This document shows, piece after piece, positions 16,522 through 22,943 of a stretch of DNA of 24,000 bases. Made by a program: the position numbers and the translations under genes. Origin of the DNA: an uncultured archaeon (GTDB taxonomy: Archaea; Thermoproteota; Nitrososphaeria_A; Caldarchaeales; Wolframiiraptoraceae); contig CALJVH010000013.1 of the NCBI GenBank assembly GCA_937974645.1, forward strand, positions 1 to 24,000, read 5' to 3'. The notes beneath the pieces were generated by a model. The model was not told the origin of the DNA. It worked only from the letters and a program-made list of their open reading frames with translations, and did not search any database. Numbering within the stretch: position 1 is the stretch's first letter; every line of letters begins with the position of its first letter.

Positions 16522-16547
16522 GCGGCCATAAATCGATTTATGGCCGC
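16522..16547. repeat. perfect 26-bp palindrome GCGGCCATAAATCGATTTATGGCCGC
   Basis: I read the palindrome directly from the sequence. It lies in a 280-nt non-coding gap between the endonuclease relic and the acylphosphatase-like gene. Confidence 0.9.
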
Positions 16548-16653
16548 CGAGGACTCAGGTTCAAACAAGCAATCTCATCGATGCGATAGGATGTCAGGCC
16601 GTATATGTGCGCCAGCTACTGGCAATATGAGGCAACTGCTTTATGCAAAAACG

Positions 16654-16661
16654 GTTATATC
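16654..16661 (+). promoter_or_regulatory. TATA-like box (GTTATATC) upstream of the ancestral acylphosphatase-like start
   Basis: The box lies 26 nt upstream of TTG 16688. That codon opens the reading frame containing the N-terminal beta-strand KAYSVSVVGRV. Confidence 0.4.
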
Positions 16662-16687
16662 GGTGGGTCTGCATAAAAATTAGAGAC

Positions 16688-17230
16688 TTGAAGGCATATT
16701 CCGTCAGCGTCGTCGGCCGAGTATAGTGCGTGGGCTACAGAAGATACGTCCTCGAGGTTGCCCAAGAGTTGGGTGTAGCCGGCTTCGTGAAGAACGAGGA
16801 GGATGGCTCAGTATCCATATTCGCCCAGGGTGAGGATGAGGCTCTAGAAATGTTCCTTGATAGGGTAAAAAATCCGCCGCCACCAGCTGTGATCAGAGAG
16901 GTGAAGATAGCTCCCTCGGCGCCTAAACGTGGATTAAAAGTATTCAAGATAAGATACGGCCGGCTCGCAGATGAGCTACAGGAGAGCCTCGGCACGATGC
17001 AAATGATATTCGTATCCTACTGGGATGAATTCAGGGACTTCAGGGGTGAATTCAAAGATTTCAGGAATGAGTTCAGAGATTTTAGGGATTTGTCGATTAA
17101 GCTGTCTCAAGAGACGCTGGAGGAGGTGAGGGAGTTGCGGCGGGACCTTCGAGCACTCCTCGACGAGAGGCTGGCTAGGCTGGAGAGGGATGTGGCTGAG
17201 ATAAAGGCAAGGCTAGGGCTATCTCCCTAG
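16688..17230 (+). pseudogene. acylphosphatase-like domain protein with a C-terminal coiled-coil extension, interrupted by an in-frame TAG at 16724-16726
   Basis: From TTG 16688 the frame reads KAYSVSVVGRV-TAG-CVGYRRYVLEVAQELGVAGFVKNEEDGSVSIFAQGEDEALEMFLDRV. This aligns with the acylphosphatase motif GRVQGVGFR...G.V.N..DGSVE. The ORF track starts at GTG 16730, just after the stop. It may alternatively be expressed as a truncated 166-aa CDS. Confidence 0.6.
17025..17087 (+). repeat. 3 x 21-bp in-frame tandem repeat encoding DEFRDFR / GEFKDFR / NEFRDFR
   Basis: I read the repeat directly from the sequence. The units are gatgaattcagggacttcagg, ggtgaattcaaagatttcagg and aatgagttcagagattttagg. Confidence 0.9.
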
Positions 17231-17287
17231 CGGCAATGTCGAGCCGCGCCTTGATAAGAGCCCCAATCTGAATCCTAGTTGGGAAAG

Positions 17288-17327
17288 ATGTCTGGATGGA
17301 GCTATAGCTAATGCCCATCCGAGACAT
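17288..17327. other. 12-bp stem hairpin with a one-base bulge (ATGTCTGGATGG ... CCATCC-G-AGACAT)
   Basis: This inverted repeat lies in the 350-nt non-coding gap between the convergent acylphosphatase-like and MFS genes. The loop contains the palindrome AGCTATAGCT. Confidence 0.7.
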
Positions 17328-17582
17328 ATGCCTTATTGAATGACCTCACGTATCGACTAGGTCGGCGAGCCTAGAGCTGACGGGGCACGCATTCTTCACA
17401 AAATCCACAATATTGGCTGTACCGGTCCATCCAGAGGGTTCTTCGAATGCCTGTGGGGATTTAGGGTTCCTGGGAGATTTGTGAAGGAAATTGGGGCGAG
17501 GATCCTATCATCCAAATTCTCGCACAAGTGGTTTTGACGTTTCTTATATGGATCACTGATTATGGTCGCTTTTCTTGAGCTC

Positions 17583-18779
17583 TTAAAAGCGTTGAGATAC
17601 CGCAATCCTCGGAATAGTTATGAAGATGATTATTGCCGCAAGCTCGAAGGCCGTGCACATCGCTATTATCGGGGTTATGAGGCCGAGGTCGTAGAGCACT
17701 GCCGGGATTATCGCGCCGGCGAGGCCCCCGAGGCCGATGCCAAATGAGTATATCCCGTAGGCGAGGCTTCTGCTCTCTGGGGGCGCTATATCCGCGACCA
17801 CCGCCCTCATTATCGTCTCTGTGGCGCCCGCTGTTAGGCCCCAGAAGACCGCCGCGATATAGAGGCCTATTCTCCCAAGTATTAAGAATGCGGCCGGTGG
17901 TATAATTATCGCCGCGAGCGGCGCGATGACCTGCGCTCTGAGGCCGATCTTGTCGTAAAGCAACCCTATCGGGACGGCTACCGCGGCGTCCACCGCCATC
18001 GCGACCAGGTATAAGACCGGTATCTCGACATCCGCTATGAGCCCCCTATTCGCGAGGTCCTTAGCGTAGTATCCTATCACCTGCCAATAGATGAGGCCCA
18101 TCATCAGCATGATTGAGCCGGCCAGAAATGCCCAGAATCTTCTCCCGAGCGGCCTTCTCGCGCCCTGCTCTCTTGCCACCACGGCCCTCGGCACGGGGTA
18201 CATGATGACCGCGGCCGCCAGCATCGCGAGCGACAGGATCAATGGGATCCACATTATCCAGAATGCCATTCTGTATCCCTCCGGGCTTCCGCGCGCGGCT
18301 ATCATCGCTGAGGCTAGAGCCGGCCCGGTCACAGCGCCAATCTGATCCACTAGCTCGTGGAGGCCGAAGCCCTTCCCGCGGCCCATCTTCTCCGTCACTT
18401 CCGCCAATATCACGTCTCTAGGTGGCCCCCTCAGCCCCTTGCCAAGCCTCTCGAGGAAGAATATTGCCAGCGCGAGCTCCCATCTTCCAGCGAGGGCTAG
18501 AAACGGAATGAGCGCATTCATCCCGTACCCAAGAATTATTGGGGACCAGAACATTTTCCCGGATGTGGATCTATGTGCGGCGATTCCTCCGACGAGCCTC
18601 ATCACATTACTTAGGAGCTCGCCAACGTAGAGTATCCCCGCGGCTATAGCCGGCGCCGCCAGCACGTTTAGATATGCTCCCCCGATGGATCTAGCTCCTT
18701 CGTAAACGATGTCGGCGAATAGGGAGAGCAATGAGATCGCTATGAATGCGTTGAACAATTGCCTAGAAGAGAGCCCCAA
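17583..18779 (-). CDS. MFS-type transporter
   Basis: The 398-aa protein is highly hydrophobic with multiple predicted membrane helices. It has a charged loop GKGLRGPPRD resembling the MFS 2-3 loop motif. The start is TTG, 7 nt after the upstream gene's stop. Confidence 0.7.
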   Translation of the reverse strand: MGLSSRQLFNAFIAISLLSLFADIVYEGARSIGGAYLNVLAAPAIAAGILYVGELLSNVMRLVGGIAAHRSTSGKMFWSPIILGYGMNALIPFLALAGRWELALAIFFLERLGKGLRGPPRDVILAEVTEKMGRGKGFGLHELVDQIGAVTGPALASAMIAARGSPEGYRMAFWIMWIPLILSLAMLAAAVIMYPVPRAVVAREQGARRPLGRRFWAFLAGSIMLMMGLIYWQVIGYYAKDLANRGLIADVEIPVLYLVAMAVDAAVAVPIGLLYDKIGLRAQVIAPLAAIIIPPAAFLILGRIGLYIAAVFWGLTAGATETIMRAVVADIAPPESRSLAYGIYSFGIGLGGLAGAIIPAVLYDLGLITPIIAMCTAFELAAIIIFITIPRIAVSQRF

Positions 18780-18786
18780 TCATCAA

Positions 18787-19440
18787 TCACTCTCGGCAGA
18801 ATCTCAGGATGTATTGCATTGCGAGATCTTCCGCCTTCTTGAGATCTTCTAGGCTTATTCCGGGCACGCCGCAGGTCATTAGATATATGCTTCTCGTTTC
18901 TAAGGTTACTTTGCTGTAGTCCGCGTCGCGGTACGGGTATATCGCTATCAGCCTTTTCGAGTCGGCGACCACTATCTCCCTCCCCTCGAGCCTTTTGGGC
19001 TTATCCATCCCGATCCCCAAGAACTCCTCGCCGCTCTTTGCAAATCTCATGACAAGCTCGTCTCCCTCAAGCTTGTCGGCGTCGAATGCTGCTAGGGCGA
19101 TGCGGGATTCGGCCGAGGCCAAGTTATACGCGTCCACGAGGGTATTTATCGCCGGTAAGCTTTTTCCGCTAAGAATTCTCCTTATCAGCGCCTCGGAGGC
19201 AGGTCTAATCTTGGTCGGATCTATCCCGATTCTCCAGAAGAAGTCTCGGTAAGCTCTCATGATCGGATCCTCCTTGAGGGAGTCTAGGCTGAAGCACGAC
19301 CTAACCCTCTGATACACCTCCACCGTAAACCGTTCAAGCTCCTCCGATCTCTCCCGAACTATTAGGCCATTAACCCTCTTCAGGAGGACATGCAGATCGG
19401 GGTACTTTGACCTAACTTCATCGCTTATGATTATCCTCAT
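18787..19440 (-). CDS. B3/B4 tRNA-binding-domain protein (PheRS beta-subunit-related)
   Basis: The 217-aa protein contains the pattern RPASEALIRRILSGKSLPAINTLVDAYNLASAESRIALAAFD. This is typical of free-standing B3/4 domain proteins. Confidence 0.65.
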   Translation of the reverse strand: MRIIISDEVRSKYPDLHVLLKRVNGLIVRERSEELERFTVEVYQRVRSCFSLDSLKEDPIMRAYRDFFWRIGIDPTKIRPASEALIRRILSGKSLPAINTLVDAYNLASAESRIALAAFDADKLEGDELVMRFAKSGEEFLGIGMDKPKRLEGREIVVADSKRLIAIYPYRDADYSKVTLETRSIYLMTCGVPGISLEDLKKAEDLAMQYILRFCRE

Positions 19441-19465
19441 CTCGAGATGATTCTTTCTGAGCGCC

Positions 19466-19497
19466 TCATCAACTTTATTCCCCCATAAAGTTGATGA
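19466..19497. promoter_or_regulatory. 13-bp inverted repeat (TCATCAACTTTAT-tccccc-ATAAAGTTGATGA) across the promoter zone of the B3/4-MFS operon
   Basis: I read the repeat directly from the sequence. Both arms carry TATA-like ATAAAG. It lies 26-57 nt upstream of ATG 19440 and 72 nt downstream of the QueT-like stop. Confidence 0.6.
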
Positions 19498-19568
19498 TAA
19501 GACCGGTATTTTCTGATGCTATAGAGGAAAGATTTGATGGGGCCCGACAAGTCTGAAAATCCTCTTCC

Positions 19569-20099
19569 TTAGCTCTTCTGCTTGAAGTACCTTCGGAGGC
19601 TCGGTATCTTAGCCAGCGCCAACACCAGCGCCGAGCCGATAGCTGATTGCGCTATTAGCTCCCCCGGTAATACCCCGACGTATCCGGCCCACACCACATC
19701 CCACCAAGAGAAGCCCGGGAGAATCAGTATTGGGAGATAGGATCCGACGATCAGGGATATGATCAGCGAGGAGACTACGCTTGAGAAAACCACCCTAATC
19801 TTGCTCAATCTGTTATAGCAGATTCGGTAAACGGTGTATGACGCGATGAGGTTCGCGAGGCTCCCGAACGCGATATCGAGCGGGTTGGGCGGGTATCCGA
19901 CCGGGAAGAAATTCGCGAAGAAACATCCCAAGAAGACGCCATATACGGCTGGAAGACCGAGGACCGCCGAGAGCATTATCAGCGCATCGGATACTCTCAC
20001 CTGGAATGGGAGGAAGCTTATTGGAGCGAGCATGAATGTTAGGGTGAAATATAGAGCGGCCAATACCATCATTTCGGCGATCTGCTGAATCTTCCTCAT
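19569..20099 (-). CDS. queT: QueT-family membrane protein (queuosine-precursor transporter-like)
   Basis: The 176-aa hydrophobic protein contains LPFQVRVSDALIML and NPLDIAFGSLANL. These resemble QueT family motifs. Confidence 0.6.
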   Translation of the reverse strand: MRKIQQIAEMMVLAALYFTLTFMLAPISFLPFQVRVSDALIMLSAVLGLPAVYGVFLGCFFANFFPVGYPPNPLDIAFGSLANLIASYTVYRICYNRLSKIRVVFSSVVSSLIISLIVGSYLPILILPGFSWWDVVWAGYVGVLPGELIAQSAIGSALVLALAKIPSLRRYFKQKS

Positions 20100-20125
20100 G
20101 CTCTTTACGCCCGCTTAATGCTCCT

Positions 20126-20998
20126 TCAGCCCCAGGCTTCGGCCAAGAGCTTGTAGTCCCTCTCATCCAGTCTCCATCCAGCGGCTCCCGCATTCTCCTC
20201 TAAATGCTCCCTTCTGGTCGACTTGGGTATCGCGATTACGTGCTCATGCCAGATCACCCAGTTCAGGGCGACCTGTATTGGCGTCTTCGAATATCTCTCG
20301 GCGACCTCGCGCAGAGCTCTCATCCTTTTATCTAATCTCGATGAGAGCTCCCTGTGAATCCTTCCATGGCCGAGGGGGCTGTAGGCTATCACTGTTACGC
20401 CTGTCTCAGAGCAGTATGGCATCAGATCCCTCTCGATGCTTCTCTCGTAGAGGCTATACTCGACTTGGTTCGCGACGATGTCCGCGTGGGATAGATATGA
20501 TCTCGCCTCCTCGACGAGGTCCGCGGTGAAATTACTAACGCCGATATACCTTATCTTACCCTCATCATGAAGTCTCTCCAAGGCCCTCATCGTCTCGCTT
20601 AATGGGATTGAGGGGTTTGGCCAATGGATTAGGTACAGGTCGATGTAGCTCGTCCGAAGCCTCCTCAAGCTCCTCTCGCAAGCCTTCAGAACGTCATCAT
20701 ATTTCAGGTTTGTATGCCATACCTTGCTCGTTATGAAGACCTCGTCTCTCCTAAACTCTTTAACCGCTTCTCCGACGAGCTCCTCGGCGTGGCCGCCGCC
20801 GTAAATCTCGGCGGTGTCGATGTGGTTCATCCCGAGCCTCACGGCGTATCTAATCGCCTCTATCGCCTGCTTGTCAGCCGAGTAGTCCGGCGTCATGTCG
20901 CCGCCGATCCTCCACGTCCCCAAGCCTATCGCGGCTATCTTCTCATCGGTCTTCCCGAGCCTGCGGTGCTCCAGCATCCCATGAATTTTGTAACTCAT
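20126..20998 (-). CDS. aldo/keto reductase
   Basis: The motifs LGLGTWRIGG, IDTAEIYGGGHAEELVGEA, SKVW, LIHWP, GVSNF and SPL are present. The start could alternatively be the internal M at 20977. Confidence 0.9.
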   Translation of the reverse strand: MSYKIHGMLEHRRLGKTDEKIAAIGLGTWRIGGDMTPDYSADKQAIEAIRYAVRLGMNHIDTAEIYGGGHAEELVGEAVKEFRRDEVFITSKVWHTNLKYDDVLKACERSLRRLRTSYIDLYLIHWPNPSIPLSETMRALERLHDEGKIRYIGVSNFTADLVEEARSYLSHADIVANQVEYSLYERSIERDLMPYCSETGVTVIAYSPLGHGRIHRELSSRLDKRMRALREVAERYSKTPIQVALNWVIWHEHVIAIPKSTRREHLEENAGAAGWRLDERDYKLLAEAWG

Positions 20999-21000
20999 GC

Positions 21001-21603
21001 CTAATGAAGTTTTTCCAAGTATTCTCTCACACCCTCGAGGATGAATTGTACTGCTATCGCGGCTAAGAGCATCGCCATTATCTTCGAGACGACGATTGCA
21101 CCAACCTCGCCCAGCGCCTCATGGATTGGGGCCGCGAACCTGAGAACGATCCAAGTTATGAGCGCTGCGAGTATTACCGCCGAGATCGCAACTATGATCC
21201 CGAAGGTTTTCAATATTATTATCGTCGTAGTTATCGCACCGGGCCCCACGAGAAGCGGGACGCCCAATGGAACCGCACCAGCGTGCTCAGGAACATAAGA
21301 CCTAATCTGAGCCTCCGTCTTGAGGAGGAGCTCAAGCGCTAAGAAGAGCAGGAGGGCTCCTCCAGCGATCCTAAAGCTGTGAAGCTCTATGCCAAATATC
21401 CCCAGAACCCACTCGCCCAAGGTCGCGAATGCTATGAGCAGGCTGAAACCCGTGAGGACGGCCATGTTGAAAGTTTTCATTCTTGTATTCCTATCGAGGC
21501 CTCTGGTTAATCCAATAAACATCGGTATATTTCCCAGAGGATCCATGACTATCAGAAGCGAGATAAGTGACTTTAGAAGACCCATTATCAGGGTCTCGAT
21601 CAT
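21001..21603 (-). CDS. MarC-family (UPF0056) integral membrane protein
   Basis: The N-terminal motif LLIVMDPLGNIPMFIGLT is typical of the MarC family. The 200-aa protein has multiple hydrophobic helices. Confidence 0.85.
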   Translation of the reverse strand: MIETLIMGLLKSLISLLIVMDPLGNIPMFIGLTRGLDRNTRMKTFNMAVLTGFSLLIAFATLGEWVLGIFGIELHSFRIAGGALLLFLALELLLKTEAQIRSYVPEHAGAVPLGVPLLVGPGAITTTIIILKTFGIIVAISAVILAALITWIVLRFAAPIHEALGEVGAIVVSKIMAMLLAAIAVQFILEGVREYLEKLH

Positions 21604-21624
21604 AAAGAAAACTTGATGAAGCCT

Positions 21625-21631
21625 CTTTATA
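21625..21631 (-). promoter_or_regulatory. TATA box (TATAAAG) of the MarC-family gene
   Basis: The box lies 21 nt upstream of ATG 21603. Confidence 0.45.
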
Positions 21632-21671
21632 GGTTTGGGATGAACTGGCTGTTTTGCTTTAACCTCGGAGC

Positions 21672-21926
21672 TTACTCTACTAGTGATGCTGCTTTAAGCC
21701 TGTTTATGAGGTCTAGCAGTGGCTCCCTAACTTCCTCGATGCTCGTCTCGCTCAGGTTCGAGAACTCGGTTACGACCTCATCAAAGGTTTTCCCTTCACA
21801 AATGCTCCAGACATATGCCACGATTTCATCAACCCTGTAAGCTTCATTCGCTTCATTAACTAGTACAAGATTTCCTTCCTCGTCTTTGAATAGCTCGCCC
21901 CTACGCTTGAGCTTAACCTCCTCCAT
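21672..21926 (-). CDS. PqqD-family / RiPP-recognition-element-like small protein
   Basis: The 84-aa protein contains LVLVNEANEAYRVDEIVAYVWSICEGKTFDEVVTEFS...EEVREPLLDLINRLKAASLV. This matches the PqqD pattern of a beta-strand, then Ln..a..iW..cdG..t..ei, a helix, and then L...gl. Confidence 0.7.
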   Translation of the reverse strand: MEEVKLKRRGELFKDEEGNLVLVNEANEAYRVDEIVAYVWSICEGKTFDEVVTEFSNLSETSIEEVREPLLDLINRLKAASLVE

Positions 21927-21950
21927 GACAGGTTGTATTCAAGCGGGTCC

Positions 21951-21958
21951 GATATAAG
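21951..21958 (-). promoter_or_regulatory. TATA-like box (CTTATATC) of the PqqD-like gene
   Basis: The box lies 24 nt upstream of ATG 21926. Confidence 0.45.
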
Positions 21959-22021
21959 TATTTCAGAAAAGACCGCGTGGATTAAAATCCGGCGCTATCA
22001 TCCTCTAGAATCAAAGAAAAC

Positions 22022-22255
22022 TTATCGCTTGCTCTTCTTTTCCAGAAATTCTTTTGATAATCCGGCCGCCTTGACTCCAGAAATCTTTAGGAGCTGGTCT
22101 AACTTCAATCCTTCCTCACTTAGCTCCTTGATGAGCCCATATTCGAGATATCTTCCAGCGAAGCTTAGACCCGTTACCGGTTGGTATGGCGAGTAGAATT
22201 GGTCAACGAGCCCTTCTTTAGCGCTTTTCAGGTAGCTGGCAGCCAGCTCACTCAT
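22022..22255 (-). CDS. hypothetical 77-aa protein
   Basis: This is an ORF in the same orientation, tightly packed 24 nt after the upstream gene. No family was recognised. Confidence 0.45.
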   Translation of the reverse strand: MSELAASYLKSAKEGLVDQFYSPYQPVTGLSFAGRYLEYGLIKELSEEGLKLDQLLKISGVKAAGLSKEFLEKKSKR

Positions 22256-22279
22256 CTGCTCATCACATTCTTCAGCCCA

Positions 22280-22741
22280 TCATTTATCTCGGACGCCGTG
22301 CCATGAATCCTCGCCCAAGATCAGCTTTTCCAAGAATTGGGCTAAGCCTTGGCTATAGAGCCCGAAATAGGGGTCCTCTTCAAACTCGGCATACTTCTCC
22401 GCCCCACCCCTCTTAATGGCCTGGCGGAACTGCCCTAGGCCAAAGGCCACGATGCCTCGGACATCTCGCTGGTTTATCCATTTTAGAGATGCGAGAGCCC
22501 CGATATCGAAAAAGAGGGCTGACTCATCAAGTATCGAGGCCGTCCACCTCAACTTCCACCCGGACCAAATATAGATCGCAAAGATGAGCTCTTGTGAGAA
22601 GCTTAGCTTTCTCAACGCCATGGAGTACACGTTCTCCAAGTTCTGTGACATGGTCATCCAAGCCTCGATAACATCATGAATTATATCATCGATCCCCCTT
22701 GAGAACATCCACAATTTTGGATCGAAGCCGATCCAATCCAC
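22280..22741 (-). CDS. hypothetical 153-aa Trp-rich protein (possibly the C-terminal part of a longer frameshifted gene)
   Basis: The ORF has a GTG start and overlaps the upstream 69-aa ORF by 56 nt in the +1 frame. No family was recognised. Confidence 0.45.
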   Translation of the reverse strand: MDWIGFDPKLWMFSRGIDDIIHDVIEAWMTMSQNLENVYSMALRKLSFSQELIFAIYIWSGWKLRWTASILDESALFFDIGALASLKWINQRDVRGIVAFGLGQFRQAIKRGGAEKYAEFEEDPYFGLYSQGLAQFLEKLILGEDSWHGVRDK

Positions 22742-22895
22742 GCCAGTAAATGACCTCCGAGATTAAGAGTTCCGGATATCTTGAGATGTAGCGTGTAAGC
22801 CATCCATGAAACATCTCCTCCGGAGATTTTCCTGAGTAATCTTTCCAGTAGATTATGAGGCCCCTCACGCTATCTATGAGCTTCACCGAGCTCAT
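22686..22895 (-). CDS. hypothetical 69-aa protein (possibly the N-terminal part of a longer frameshifted gene)
   Basis: The ATG is preceded by GGCGGAG. A CATAATTAAG box lies 27 nt upstream, so this is where the transcription unit starts. Confidence 0.45.
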   Translation of the reverse strand: MSSVKLIDSVRGLIIYWKDYSGKSPEEMFHGWLTRYISRYPELLISEVIYWRGLDRLRSKIVDVLKGDR

Positions 22896-22922
22896 CTCCG
22901 CCTAAGAGTCTGATTACACGAA

Positions 22923-22932
22923 CTTAATTATG
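22923..22932 (-). promoter_or_regulatory. TATA-like box (CATAATTAAG) of the small-gene cluster
   Basis: The box lies 27 nt upstream of ATG 22895. Confidence 0.45.
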
Positions 22933-22943
22933 TTCTAGCTCAA

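Noticed and set aside
16724-16726. Genome-wide reassignment of TAG to Gln as the explanation for the TAG at the conserved Gln codon
   Set aside because: TAG appears to terminate other genes in the window at sensible positions, including the dph6-like gene at 10995-10997, the 4669-5079 ORF and this same gene at 17228-17230. CAG to TAG is a single transition. Local mutation or re-initiation is more parsimonious.
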